Shown piece after piece: positions 38,662-49,502 of a stretch of 64,000 nucleotides of DNA (the stretch's first letter is position 1; every line of letters starts with the position of its first letter). The DNA is from a virus. The stretch is from positions 7,238 to 71,237 of the IMG/VR virus record IMGVR_UViG_3300007735_000784; one strand, 5' to 3'. Below the pieces are notes generated by a model. That model did no database searches and was not told where the DNA came from. It saw nothing but the letters and a program-made list of their open reading frames with translations. The position numbers and the translations under genes are program-made.

Positions 38662-41019
38662 ATGATTGACGTAGAAAAATACCAAAGGTACGCATTTGGA
38701 TTCCCTGCACATGATATAGACCCCAAGCAGAAAGAGAAGAAAGATTACTGCATGGCCTTTTGTAAAGCCTTCTACTCATCATACGTCAGGAACGAGCTAT
38801 ACACCAACTTCACAATACGTAGAAACGAGATCTTTGTTTTAAGGAGATACGGAGTTGGGGACCAATCACAGGATATTTATTTGCAGCTATGTTATGGGAA
38901 TAACAATCAAGGGGAAATTATAAGAAAGGGGTGGATGAATGTTAACTGGAATATCTTAAAGATAGCAGTTAAGTATAGAAACGCCTTCCTTGGTATGTTT
39001 TTAGATGTCGATTTCGATGCCCAGGCCAATTCTCAGGATAAATTTGCTAAGAAAGAGAAAGAAGATAAGGCATATAAGCTATACATACAGAAGAAATTAA
39101 GACCATTATTGCAACAGGCCGGAATACAGCAGCCAGAATCAGAGATGCCGGAGCCAGATTCATTGAAGGAATTAGAGATATACGAGCAACTTGGCGTTTT
39201 CAAAAATAAGGCAGAATTAGCCTATGAGAAATTTATAAAGGAAAGTTTCGATACATTCTCAAATTGGGAACTAGAAACCAAGAGAATGATTTTAGAAGAT
39301 TTTTGGGATATAGGGGAAGTATGTTTAAAAGACTACGTAGATAGAAATACGCAGAAGATAAAAGTTAAATACTGTGATCCTGCCAATATTATTATACGTA
39401 AAGACCACGAAGGCCGTATTTTAGATGGAGGAGTAATCGAAATTAAGAGTATTGCTGATGTAAGGGCAGAAATGAAAAATTGCGGTGTAAACGTTAGTGA
39501 AGAAGAATTAGCTAAATGTGCCGTTGCATATAAAGGCTATTTTAACAATCCAAATACATGGTTTACAGACAGAGATGATGAACTATATAAGCCTAATAAC
39601 TTCGGGATATACAGATATGACGATTGGAAAATTGCCGTTTTAGATTGTGAATACAGAACCGAAGATGATAACTACTATAAGAAAGTAAAAGGAGAAGAAG
39701 GCGATAAATACTATAAGGAACACTACGGCAAAGTATATAAGAATAGCAAAAATAAGGAAACAATCGTAAAAGCCCGTATTAATTATTACAGAGCAAAATG
39801 GGTAGTAGGTAGCGAAGATTTAATCTATGACTATGGACAACAGTACGATGTGCCAAGGCCAAATAAGTCAGAAGCATTAAGCTCCTTCCATTACGTTAAA
39901 ATACCAGGGCCATCACCAGTAAAAATGTGCAGAGAAATCTTCGATCAAGTGCAGTTAGCATGGTTGAAGTTTCAAAACGCATGGGCCAAGGCTAGACCCG
40001 ATGGATACGCCTACGATGAAACAGTATTAGTAAATAGCACCATTGGTAGTAAATTATTGCCAGAGGAGATAGTATCCATGTCGGAGCAGACCGGTAGATT
40101 ATTCTTTAAATCAGTAAATAAAAGGAATCACCCAACAATGGCTCCAAATGCAGGGATGCCAATATTCCCAATGCCAGGAGGAATCGGAAACGCCCTTAAT
40201 GAGTTTGTGGCTACATGGAATCTGATGATCTCAATGTTACAGGAGATTACGGGAATGACACCGCAGGCAACAGCAAGTCCGTTGGCACCAGATACAGGTA
40301 AAGCAGTAAGTGAGATACAATTAGCAGCAACAAGTAATGTGTTGAAGCCAGTGGTGAATGAATATAAGAGAATTAAGAACTCAGTATCTAAAACGCTACT
40401 TTTACGTGGCCAGATAGTATTTAGGCACAATGAGGAAATCGCAAAAGACTATATAGACGTATTAGGAGAAGAAACGGTAAAGATATTACAGGAATCAGCT
40501 AAATCAGCGCAGCAATACGGAATTAACTTAGTGCAGCGAACCACAGGAGAAATCAGGGCCAAGTTAGAACAAGCGGCATTAGCATCCCTACAATCAGGTA
40601 GAAATGGTATGCCAGGAATCACATTGCCTCAATATACAATGTTGACAATGATGATTAGCTCCGGTTATAATCCGAAGTACATATATGCTATTTTAGCTAA
40701 GATGGAATCTGAAACCGAGCAGAAGCAACAAGCCTATCAGCAGCAGAATATAGCGGCACAAGGACAGCAGCAGCAACAGTTGGCCGTAGTTCAGAACCAA
40801 TCATTAAAAGATGTAGAGGCGTTTAAGTCTACGTTAAAAATTAATGAGGAAAGTGCCAAAGCAATTATACAGGCAGCCCTAGAGGAGCATAAAGCAAAAT
40901 TAGGCACAGAGTCGCAAATGACCACTGAAACCACATCACTATTGATGCAGAATCTTATAGCACAACTAATGCCAAAGCAAGGAGGAGCCGCACCTGGACC
41001 TGCTTCACCTGCACAATAG
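38662..41019 (+). CDS. Portal protein
   Basis: 785 aa between TerL and scaffold/MCP; YCDPAN, LQEITGM, Gln-rich C-terminus. Confidence 0.75.
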   Translation: MIDVEKYQRYAFGFPAHDIDPKQKEKKDYCMAFCKAFYSSYVRNELYTNFTIRRNEIFVLRRYGVGDQSQDIYLQLCYGNNNQGEIIRKGWMNVNWNILKIAVKYRNAFLGMFLDVDFDAQANSQDKFAKKEKEDKAYKLYIQKKLRPLLQQAGIQQPESEMPEPDSLKELEIYEQLGVFKNKAELAYEKFIKESFDTFSNWELETKRMILEDFWDIGEVCLKDYVDRNTQKIKVKYCDPANIIIRKDHEGRILDGGVIEIKSIADVRAEMKNCGVNVSEEELAKCAVAYKGYFNNPNTWFTDRDDELYKPNNFGIYRYDDWKIAVLDCEYRTEDDNYYKKVKGEEGDKYYKEHYGKVYKNSKNKETIVKARINYYRAKWVVGSEDLIYDYGQQYDVPRPNKSEALSSFHYVKIPGPSPVKMCREIFDQVQLAWLKFQNAWAKARPDGYAYDETVLVNSTIGSKLLPEEIVSMSEQTGRLFFKSVNKRNHPTMAPNAGMPIFPMPGGIGNALNEFVATWNLMISMLQEITGMTPQATASPLAPDTGKAVSEIQLAATSNVLKPVVNEYKRIKNSVSKTLLLRGQIVFRHNEEIAKDYIDVLGEETVKILQESAKSAQQYGINLVQRTTGEIRAKLEQAALASLQSGRNGMPGITLPQYTMLTMMISSGYNPKYIYAILAKMESETEQKQQAYQQQNIAAQGQQQQQLAVVQNQSLKDVEAFKSTLKINEESAKAIIQAALEEHKAKLGTESQMTTETTSLLMQNLIAQLMPKQGGAAPGPASPAQ

Positions 41020-41031
41020 TTATAGGATTAT

Positions 41032-41063
41032 TTTGCAGATATTGTAAAATAATAGTACATTTG
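41032..41063 (+). promoter_or_regulatory. Bacteroidota sigma-A promoter
   Basis: TTTG 41032-41035, 20-nt spacer, TACATTTG 41056-41063. Confidence 0.65.
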
Positions 41064-41080
41064 ACAAAACATATTTTATT

Positions 41081-42133
41081 ATGGCAGAAGAAGTAATTGA
41101 TAATACTAGAAGTATTTTTAGTCAAGCAGCAGCAGTAGCGGCAGTTGAATCAGAGGAAACGCCAATTATAGAGGCAGGTGTAGAAGGAGAAGAAGGTAAA
41201 GTTGGCGTTTCAGATAATACCCCAGAGGTAGAACTAACACCTTGGTATAAAGAGTTAGAGTTTGATGACGAAACCACAGCAAAGGAATTTGTAAGGAAGT
41301 ATAAAAACTTCCAACCAGAAGTTCCTAAACCTAAATTTGCAGCACCGGAAGTAGAGAAATACAATAAGTTTGTAGAAGCTACAGGTATAAATGATTTTGG
41401 AACCTTCCAAACAGTATCTAAGTTTTCAGAGGTAGAAAACCCCAACGAAGATCAAATGATTGATGCTATTATAGCAAAGAAGATTTATGACGATCCAGAG
41501 TTAAAAGGAGATGAAGCCTATTTAAAGCAGCGATTAATGAAGCAGTATAAATTAGATGTGGATTTAGACTATGCAGACGATGATGAGAAGTACGATGTGA
41601 AAGAATCAAAAAGAGCCTTGAAGAAAGAATTTGAAAGTTCAGCAGGGTTTTTTAAAGAAATAAGTGGCAAATTAGAAGTAGCACCTGTTGATAACGCAAA
41701 AATTGAGGCCAACCAAAAAACGTGGGAAGCCGAGTTAGCAAAGGATAAGCCGGAAGAATTTAAGATAGATATTCCCGTGTTGAAAAAAAATGACAAAGGA
41801 GAACTTGTTGCTACTGAGGAAATTGAAAAAAGTATTATTTTTGACAAGCCGATGCACGATGCTTACGTAAGAAATTACAAGGCATTGTTAAACGCAAAAG
41901 GTTGGCCGGAGCTTGAAAGCGGTGTCGCACAAGAAGCAAAAAGCATAGCCGCAGGTTTAACACTGGCAGAAAATATTTATAAGATATATGGTGATGCGGT
42001 TTCGCATGGCTATAGTAAGGCCGTAAAGGACTATCATATAGATACTGAAAACCCATCAGCAGTAGGTACACACAGGAAGATTGCGGATACAGGCGATAAA
42101 TCAGACACATCAGCCGGTATTTTCAAAAGATAA
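41081..42133 (+). CDS. Putative capsid scaffolding protein
   Basis: Acidic helical protein between portal and MCP. Confidence 0.55.
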   Translation: MAEEVIDNTRSIFSQAAAVAAVESEETPIIEAGVEGEEGKVGVSDNTPEVELTPWYKELEFDDETTAKEFVRKYKNFQPEVPKPKFAAPEVEKYNKFVEATGINDFGTFQTVSKFSEVENPNEDQMIDAIIAKKIYDDPELKGDEAYLKQRLMKQYKLDVDLDYADDDEKYDVKESKRALKKEFESSAGFFKEISGKLEVAPVDNAKIEANQKTWEAELAKDKPEEFKIDIPVLKKNDKGELVATEEIEKSIIFDKPMHDAYVRNYKALLNAKGWPELESGVAQEAKSIAAGLTLAENIYKIYGDAVSHGYSKAVKDYHIDTENPSAVGTHRKIADTGDKSDTSAGIFKR

Positions 42134-42185
42134 AAGGGGAGTAAGAAGATTAAAATTAAATATTAATCTTTAAACTCAAAAAATT

Positions 42186-43577
42186 ATGGCACTAGCCGAC
42201 TTAGCGAGAGGTTACTCTCAGGATTATATCTCCACACTTGATCCATTATTGGAGAAGTACGATATTTCAAAAGAAATTTATCGTTCTTATGGCGATCAAA
42301 GATACAATAGCTACATGGCTATTAAAGAACTTGGTTTACAAGAGCCGATTGCTCAGATTCAAGGTCATCACTTTGAAGAAGAAAGAAAGCTACAAACCTT
42401 AGAGGTTGAAAGCAATGCTTCTGGAGCAGCCGGAGCAGATGTTGTAGTTCCTTTAACAGCAGCTATGTTTACCAATGGTAAAACTTATGCTCGTAAATGG
42501 TTTAACGTTATCTTCCCAGACTACGGACAAGCAACCATTACTGACATTGATACCGTTAACGAAACTATCACTTTAACTCCAAAATCTAGCACTTATGCTA
42601 TTAGCGTAACAGCAGGAGATGAGTTAGTAATCGGTGATTCTAACTTCGGTGAGGGTACAACTCAGCCAGAAGGTATCATTAGAGGTTTCATTATCCGTAA
42701 CTTCTACACTCAGATTTTGAAAGAGGCTTACAGAGCATCCGGTACTGCAATGACCAATGAGGCATCAGTAGATGTTAAGCGTTTAGCTGATTATATCAAA
42801 AATACACCTGAGTTAGGAAATACATTGGTAGCAATGTGCCAGGCAGATGTTGACTTCCGTATGACCGTACAGTTGAGTAATCAAATGTTATGGGGTACTG
42901 AAAACACCAACACATCAGCTTTATCTGATCCAGATACAGCAGCTATGGACGGTTCAATTTGGGCAACCAAAGGATTAAATGCCGTTACTGATGCGTTGGG
43001 ACAAACATACCCATATACAGTAGGTACACTTTCATTGACTGACTTCTATGCTATTACCGATTTATTGGATCAGCAATTAGTTAGCCCAATGAAACCAATC
43101 TGGTGGTTATGTGGTCGTAAGCAGAAAAACGAGTTTGACCAATTATTAATGGCAAACAACGCAATCCAATATCAAACTTCTTACACTAAAGATATGGTTA
43201 GAAATGACATCTTTGGTAGAGAATCAAAAGAAGTGTTCATTGATTTCTCTGGATTACAATTAGGAGGTTACTCATTCGCTTGTAACGTGGATTACACATT
43301 CACAGATCCAAAAGGAATGGGAGCAGCCGGATATAACACCCCTAACCTTGGATTTATGATTCCATTGGCAGAAGGTAAAGATCCAAAAACAGGTAAGCCA
43401 GTAGATTCTATTAAGGCCCGTTACAAAAAATTGGGAACTTACAATAGAATGTTTGAAACCTGGACTAGAGATTGGAACCAAACTAACTACGACATCAGAG
43501 AGTGGGAATTACGTTGTAACGTAGGATACCAATTCTTTGGAGCCAACAGGTTTGTGAAACTAGAAGGTCAATCATAA
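42186..43577 (+). CDS. Major capsid protein
   Basis: 463 aa, biased codons, NFYTQILKE.Y..SGTA and TKGL motifs, followed by a strong terminator. Confidence 0.75.
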   Translation: MALADLARGYSQDYISTLDPLLEKYDISKEIYRSYGDQRYNSYMAIKELGLQEPIAQIQGHHFEEERKLQTLEVESNASGAAGADVVVPLTAAMFTNGKTYARKWFNVIFPDYGQATITDIDTVNETITLTPKSSTYAISVTAGDELVIGDSNFGEGTTQPEGIIRGFIIRNFYTQILKEAYRASGTAMTNEASVDVKRLADYIKNTPELGNTLVAMCQADVDFRMTVQLSNQMLWGTENTNTSALSDPDTAAMDGSIWATKGLNAVTDALGQTYPYTVGTLSLTDFYAITDLLDQQLVSPMKPIWWLCGRKQKNEFDQLLMANNAIQYQTSYTKDMVRNDIFGRESKEVFIDFSGLQLGGYSFACNVDYTFTDPKGMGAAGYNTPNLGFMIPLAEGKDPKTGKPVDSIKARYKKLGTYNRMFETWTRDWNQTNYDIREWELRCNVGYQFFGANRFVKLEGQS

Positions 43578-43612
43578 GAAGTTCTTTTCGAGTTTTTTCA
43601 TATATGGTTTGT

Positions 43613-43646
43613 AAAAGAGCCTCACTTAATTGTGGGGCTTTTTTTT
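43613..43646 (+). terminator. Rho-independent terminator after MCP
   Basis: AGCCTCAC TTAATT GTGGGGCT followed by T-run. Confidence 0.8.
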
Positions 43647-43674
43647 GTTTATTTCAAAACTATCTGTATATTTG
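43644..43674 (+). promoter_or_regulatory. Bacteroidota sigma-A promoter
   Basis: TTTG 43644-43647, 19-nt spacer, TATATTTG 43667-43674. Confidence 0.65.
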
Positions 43675-43701
43675 CCATAAATAGTTCAAAAATTATATAG
43701 C

Positions 43702-44847
43702 ATGATTTACGTTAATAATGAAAAAGCACAACTACCACAAGCCTTGATTTCGGCACTACGTAAGGAGTTAGAGGGAGGGGTTCAGTTGAAATATCCTAAA
43801 AAATACAGGTCAGAATCAAAGACAGATAAGGGAAAGAATATTATTGAATGGCCGGCAGCCAGGGTTGTTCGATATGTAGATTCTGTTAATTTGGATTTAG
43901 ATACAATGTTGCCTGCTAATAAAAATTCGGCTAGGGCGCAGCAGGTACAAGTAAGATGGGCAATCGGCACATCATTTAATTCACAGACAAAGCAGGACGA
44001 GTATAAGCCTATTGCTCTGGATAAATTAAAGACTTTGCATCCAGAGGATTATGAAGAATTTTGGTTCTTAAAATATTGTTCACGTTTCGTAGAAGGAGGA
44101 CACAATGCAAAGGCGAATAACTCTAAAAACTACTCTATTATTTTATATAACCCAGAGGCCGAAGCAATAGAAGAAGAAAGCAAGAAGCGTAATTATTATA
44201 GAGTAAATGCACTTATTTATAATAGCGACAAAGAGGGAGGGTTATCAGAACCACAACTAAGGGATATTGCAGCAGCATTTAATGTAGGAAAGGCTATGGA
44301 AATGTCATTGCCTGCATTAAGACTTAAATTAGAATCGGCAGTATCACAAGATCAGGCAAAGGGAGCCGTATCAGGAGATGCCGGATTAAAAGGAGAGAAG
44401 TATTTTCTACATCTAATTGACCAAAAAGTAGACCTTACACTTAAAACAACTATTAGAAGGGCAATCGACCTTGGCGTTGTAAAATATGACACAGCAAGAT
44501 CAGCTTGGTTTTATTTAAGTGAAAAAGAAGGTGGAAAACAAGTCTTAACTGAAAGGATTGTTAATTGTGAAAAAAATGTAGCAAATAAAGAAAACGTTTT
44601 ATTTAATCACTTTGAGAGAAAAGCAGAAGAAAAAGCAGATTTTTTAAAGAGAGTTTCAGCCGGAAGTAAAGAGGAGGTAGATAGCAAATTAGAGGTTGAT
44701 ACTTTAAAAATGGAAGCAGAAGCAGCTAAAGCAGAAGGAGATGTAAAAAAATATTACGATATTTGGGAAAAGATAGTTGCCATAGCTCCAACTCAAAAAC
44801 ATCAGAGAGAGCTTGCAAAAGCGGAGGGTTTATTGAACGAAGTGTAG
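43702..44847 (+). CDS. Morphogenesis-module protein
   Basis: 381 aa directly after MCP. Confidence 0.5.
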   Translation: MIYVNNEKAQLPQALISALRKELEGGVQLKYPKKYRSESKTDKGKNIIEWPAARVVRYVDSVNLDLDTMLPANKNSARAQQVQVRWAIGTSFNSQTKQDEYKPIALDKLKTLHPEDYEEFWFLKYCSRFVEGGHNAKANNSKNYSIILYNPEAEAIEEESKKRNYYRVNALIYNSDKEGGLSEPQLRDIAAAFNVGKAMEMSLPALRLKLESAVSQDQAKGAVSGDAGLKGEKYFLHLIDQKVDLTLKTTIRRAIDLGVVKYDTARSAWFYLSEKEGGKQVLTERIVNCEKNVANKENVLFNHFERKAEEKADFLKRVSAGSKEEVDSKLEVDTLKMEAEAAKAEGDVKKYYDIWEKIVAIAPTQKHQRELAKAEGLLNEV

Positions 44848-44873
44848 GTTTTTCATTTATGTTTATTTTGTTT

Positions 44874-44905
44874 AGAGGGGGTATATTTAATATCCCCTTT
44901 TTTTT
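44874..44905 (+). terminator. Rho-independent terminator
   Basis: AGGGGGTATA...TATCCCCT followed by T-run. Confidence 0.7.
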
Positions 44906-44940
44906 GTTGGGAATTATTTATATTTTTGAAAAAAATTGTC

Positions 44941-46953
44941 ATGTCTACACCAACAATATCTAATTCTGTTTTATTTAATCTAAATAACGAACAGTTAACA
45001 TTTTCGGATAATACCAATTATTCAAGTTATGGGATAGCCCTTACCGATGTGAATGGTAATTTAAGGGTAACTGGACCATCTGGTATATTCTATAATAATA
45101 CATCATGGGTAACGCCAAGTATAGTATTAAATACAGGAAATACGAAAGTGGTTAATTTGCCATTAAATACAGCAGGAGATGTTTTAGCTGGCAACTATGA
45201 CTTCGTTTATACGGTAAGAGTAAATTGGGGGTTTTCAATATATGCCAGTACCGGTGGATTAGGGTTTAATGTTTTAGGGAATCAAACGGCTATTTTTACA
45301 GCAAACTCAGATTTTACTATTGTTGGAGGTCCCAATGCCGGAACATATAGTGTTATAAGTTCAACATATAACTCATTGACGGGGTTGACATATATTCTTG
45401 TAAACGAATCTATCGCTGATCCAAACTCATTACAGGGATCTATAGAAATTGATTCGGATTATACAAATTCATTTACACGATATTTTTCATGCACACTTCC
45501 TGTGGTTGATATACAAGCAGAGGTGGAATGTGATTGTGGTCAAATAACAAGTACCGACTTAACTAACTATGGTATAACCGTAGATGGAACTTATATATAT
45601 CCTACAATAGCTAGGACTCATGTTGTTTATCCTCCTCTTAGCCCATCAACAGGGCAGAGAGTAGACGGAACAACAACCTCTAGTTCGGCTACAATTATTC
45701 TTAGCCCAATATGGACAAATGACTATATTACAACTATAAGTAGCGTTTTAACTTATGCTTATGCAGATGATTTTACAGTAATAGTAACTGTAACAGGATC
45801 GGAAACATATACTGTAGAGTGTACATCTGAGCTATGTTGTGTATATAGCTGTTTAGCAAATATCTTTGAAACATGGAAAGATTATAAGCAAACAAATTTA
45901 GTAAGAGCAAAAGAATGGGAAGCAAAATTAATCCAAGCCTATGGAGCCTGGATGCTGTATTCTATTGCTAAAACTTGTGGGCAATCAACAAGTGCAGAAA
46001 CATATCTAGCACAAATTATAACATTAGCGCAAAGCTCAGGTTGTACTTGTTGCACAGGTAATTCAGCAGAGCCGGCACAAGTTATACCTATCTGTGGTAA
46101 TGTTTCAACATCAAATGGATCAGGAACCGGAGGAAACGTTGTAATTACTACTTGTGGAAACGGAATCATAGTATCGGCAAATACCGTAGGAATCACAACC
46201 ACCTATACATTATGTGTAGATGAGCAAATTATTTATGGTATTGTTGCAGATTACTTAGCCGACAACCCATTATCATTAAACGACCTTGCTGATGTAGATA
46301 CTACCGGATATGGTTCTGGTAGCCTATTAAGGTTTAACGGACAAAATTGGGTATCGGTAGATTCTATTAGCTTAGATCAGATAACCGAATTTAGCGTTTC
46401 AAATCCACTTGTAGGACAGGTTTTGACTTGGAACGGAAGTAATTGGGTTAACCAAAGTAATACCGGAAACATTATAGCTATTGAGCAAAACACTTATACA
46501 TCAAGTGGAAGTGCCGTTCAAACATTAAAGTCAGTTACAATCCCTGCCGGTACATTAGTGCAAACAGGAGATTATTTAGATATAGATTGTGAGTATTTGC
46601 TTACATCATCATCTACCCCTAAAAGAGTTTTGGTGGGAATGACAGGTAATGATTCATTTACTACGGCTTGGTTAAATACAGCAGCAATAAGAAGAACAAT
46701 AGTAAGTATTCGATTCATAAGAGTAAGTTCAACTACTGTTAGGCAGCAATACCGATATGATTCTTATAACAACTTTGGCCCAGGATACGCCTATCCTCCT
46801 TATGGAGTTCCGGTTGTATTCTCTGATCCAACAACCTACGCTGTAAATAACCTAGACATAGCATCTAATACCGTACAATTTAGGTATGACCCAACAGTAT
46901 CAAGTACATCAGGTTCATTAGTGAACTATACTATAAAATTATTTAAACTTTAA
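44941..46953 (+). CDS. Cys/Thr-rich virion structural protein with tail-fibre repeats
   Basis: Likely ATG 44941; LNDLADVD...LRFNGQNWV and LDQI...GQVLTWNGSNWVN fibre repeats. Confidence 0.6.
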   Translation: MSTPTISNSVLFNLNNEQLTFSDNTNYSSYGIALTDVNGNLRVTGPSGIFYNNTSWVTPSIVLNTGNTKVVNLPLNTAGDVLAGNYDFVYTVRVNWGFSIYASTGGLGFNVLGNQTAIFTANSDFTIVGGPNAGTYSVISSTYNSLTGLTYILVNESIADPNSLQGSIEIDSDYTNSFTRYFSCTLPVVDIQAEVECDCGQITSTDLTNYGITVDGTYIYPTIARTHVVYPPLSPSTGQRVDGTTTSSSATIILSPIWTNDYITTISSVLTYAYADDFTVIVTVTGSETYTVECTSELCCVYSCLANIFETWKDYKQTNLVRAKEWEAKLIQAYGAWMLYSIAKTCGQSTSAETYLAQIITLAQSSGCTCCTGNSAEPAQVIPICGNVSTSNGSGTGGNVVITTCGNGIIVSANTVGITTTYTLCVDEQIIYGIVADYLADNPLSLNDLADVDTTGYGSGSLLRFNGQNWVSVDSISLDQITEFSVSNPLVGQVLTWNGSNWVNQSNTGNIIAIEQNTYTSSGSAVQTLKSVTIPAGTLVQTGDYLDIDCEYLLTSSSTPKRVLVGMTGNDSFTTAWLNTAAIRRTIVSIRFIRVSSTTVRQQYRYDSYNNFGPGYAYPPYGVPVVFSDPTTYAVNNLDIASNTVQFRYDPTVSSTSGSLVNYTIKLFKL

Positions 46954-46955
46954 AA

Positions 46956-47810
46956 ATGGGACTATATAAAACAATATCAGTTGGGGCATCCACACTATCA
47001 GTAGATGGATCATCGGTAGGAGCTACATACGATATACCGTTGGGAGATCCAGCATTATATCTTAATGATGAAGTGGCGTTTTTTGTAGTAGAAGGAAATT
47101 CTACCACATTAGTTACATCATTATCAATAACATCTACCTATACTCCAATAGCTCCACTTGTCTATAAATTTATGTTTGATGGGGGAGTGGTTTTAGGTGC
47201 CAATAATTTCTCATTTTTTGGAACGCAATTAACAGCAGTACAGGCATTGTATCCGGCAGTAATTGAAGCGTGGTGGACAGGATCAGCATGGAATGTAGTT
47301 GTTTGTAGGGTTGAAGTTAGAACAACCGGATTACCTAATAGCCAATTAGCAAATATGGCACCCCAGACGGTGAAGATGAACAGTGGGTTAAGTGCCGGAG
47401 TTCCGCAAGATGTAACGTATGATGGTTTAAGAAGCCAAATTGGATTAAACAAGTACGTTTATCATGTGCCAATTTCATTTAATTCTGGAGAGCAGGGATA
47501 TAATACAATTATGGCTCCTGTTGTTGGTGAAATAACTAGAATAGGGTATGTCGTAACTAAAAAAATCGCAGGAACAGATGATGCTACGATTGATGTAGGA
47601 ATTACAAATTTTTGGCCAGTTCCGGTTAGTAATTATATTGTAACAATTCCAGCAGATACGCCTGTAAATACAGGTGGAATATTAAATACAACAGGGCAAG
47701 GTTTAGATTTACCTGCATTAACTGTAAATAGTAATTATATTGGACTAGATGCAGCAAAAACTACATGGGGTGGTTCAGCGTTATTATCTATTGAAATTAC
47801 ATTAGCATAA
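46956..47810 (+). CDS. Virion structural/fibre protein
   Basis: Beta-rich, LANMAPQTVK fibre-type motif. Confidence 0.5.
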   Translation: MGLYKTISVGASTLSVDGSSVGATYDIPLGDPALYLNDEVAFFVVEGNSTTLVTSLSITSTYTPIAPLVYKFMFDGGVVLGANNFSFFGTQLTAVQALYPAVIEAWWTGSAWNVVVCRVEVRTTGLPNSQLANMAPQTVKMNSGLSAGVPQDVTYDGLRSQIGLNKYVYHVPISFNSGEQGYNTIMAPVVGEITRIGYVVTKKIAGTDDATIDVGITNFWPVPVSNYIVTIPADTPVNTGGILNTTGQGLDLPALTVNSNYIGLDAAKTTWGGSALLSIEITLA

Positions 47811-47811
47811 T

Positions 47812-48612
47812 ATGACACTACAGGATATATGGGATCATATATATAGCAGGACAAATAAGGACCAATCTGGGAATACTTATAATCCGGAACGTTTTAATGT
47901 TGACCTTAAAACGGCCAATATTGAAATGTTTTCTAAAATGTATGGTTTACCCACAGATTATTCACCTGGAGTAGCTATCCCAAGAGTTGCCTATTCGGTA
48001 ACTCAAAGAGTAAAAGATGATTTACGTCATTTAGTGGTAAATATGGGTGGAGTTGCAGCAGGTGATCCAGGTCCATTAGAAGTAAATTCGGATGGTATTG
48101 CTTATTTACCAGAGGACTATATTCACGTTTCAGCAATGAATTATACCTATGTGGATGGTAATTGCAACCAAAAAATAAAATACCCCAAGTTTGACGTTTT
48201 AACAGATCAACAATGGAGTGAAGCAATAGGAAATGTTACTATGAATTATAGAGTAGCAGAATTTCCATATTGCACATTTAGAAAAAATTATATAGAAGTA
48301 AGACCCAAAACAATACAGCATATTAATTTCGTTTACCTAAGAACTCCGATTACACCGGTTTATGATTATTACGTAGACTCAAATGATGCTATCATATATT
48401 TACCGCCTGGGACAAGATATAATTTACAGCCAGGAGAAACAGGATCAGCAGGACAAACTAACGTGCAAGTTCAATCAAATAGTGTAGAATTAGAATGGCC
48501 GGTAGAGGTGCATCCTGATATTTGCAACTTACTATTATCGTATGTAGCAGATAATTTGAGAAGCCAAGAATTAAAACAAAGTGCAGAAATGCGTAAAGCA
48601 AGCGGATACTAA
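47812..48612 (+). CDS. Tail ring/adaptor protein
   Basis: LPEDY, YLRTP..P, ELEWP...H.DI; position before the stabilisation protein. Confidence 0.55.
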   Translation: MTLQDIWDHIYSRTNKDQSGNTYNPERFNVDLKTANIEMFSKMYGLPTDYSPGVAIPRVAYSVTQRVKDDLRHLVVNMGGVAAGDPGPLEVNSDGIAYLPEDYIHVSAMNYTYVDGNCNQKIKYPKFDVLTDQQWSEAIGNVTMNYRVAEFPYCTFRKNYIEVRPKTIQHINFVYLRTPITPVYDYYVDSNDAIIYLPPGTRYNLQPGETGSAGQTNVQVQSNSVELEWPVEVHPDICNLLLSYVADNLRSQELKQSAEMRKASGY

Positions 48613-49256
48613 TGTTAACCAAAGTCGAATATAGAGAATCGGTATTATACCAACTGGCAGGGGGAATCCCCGTAGCTGACCTATTAGGTAGATATTCGCC
48701 AATGTTGGTTGACAGAGTTATTGGAGAGTGCTATGATGCCCTTTTAGCCAATGCTTATAGGCAATCATCAGCCGCTAGAGGTACAAGTGATTTAGCAATG
48801 CTAGATGCCTATACAAAAGCCTTCCCTAATGTTAGCGTTTCGTATAACACAGACAGGGAAGAATATTACTCATCATTGCCGGCTCCAATAATTATACTGC
48901 CAGAAGGAATGGGAATAAGGTTTATATCTTGGATGAAAGATCAAGCCACACAATTTATTCCAATTACAAACAATGCGCTATCTGTATTTGATGAGTTAGA
49001 AGTTAGCAAAACGTCAACTTTACCTACTTATTACATAGAGGCAAATACGGTATATTTTAATTTCTTAGGTGAGCCTTTGAGTAATGTATTAATGAAATTA
49101 GTACCTTCGTACTTCTACCTTAATGATGAAGATTATGTGGGTGATCCACAAATCGTAGGAAAGGGAGGGTTTGTAACAGTAACGGATATGGTAAGGCAGA
49201 AATTATTAACCATGCCGCCAGAAGATACGGCAAATGATAACGTAGAAAGACAATGA
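48612..49256 (+). CDS. Tail ring/adaptor protein
   Basis: Coupled ORF in the tail module; YYSSLPAPII.LP. Confidence 0.45.
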   Translation: MLTKVEYRESVLYQLAGGIPVADLLGRYSPMLVDRVIGECYDALLANAYRQSSAARGTSDLAMLDAYTKAFPNVSVSYNTDREEYYSSLPAPIIILPEGMGIRFISWMKDQATQFIPITNNALSVFDELEVSKTSTLPTYYIEANTVYFNFLGEPLSNVLMKLVPSYFYLNDEDYVGDPQIVGKGGFVTVTDMVRQKLLTMPPEDTANDNVERQ

Positions 49257-49501
49257 GTGCAAGAAACATAGCTACCGGATTTATGAACCTATGGCGAGAG
49301 CATATAGGTATAGCAGATGATAAGGTTGAGAAATTAGCCAAAGTCAGGGGAGAGATATGTTTAGCTTGCCCATCAGTATTAAAAAGAGGAAACCCATCGG
49401 AAAAAAATACAGATATTAGAGTAGGTTGTGGGGAATGTGGATGTAGTGTAGCGGCAAAAATTAGAGTGAAGGCTGAGAAATGTCCCTTAAATAAATGGTA
49501 A
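49253..49501 (+). CDS. Small Cys-rich Zn-binding protein
   Basis: R..IC..CP...CGECGC....K......CP..KW. Confidence 0.6.
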   Translation: MSARNIATGFMNLWREHIGIADDKVEKLAKVRGEICLACPSVLKRGNPSEKNTDIRVGCGECGCSVAAKIRVKAEKCPLNKW

Positions 49502-49502
49502 G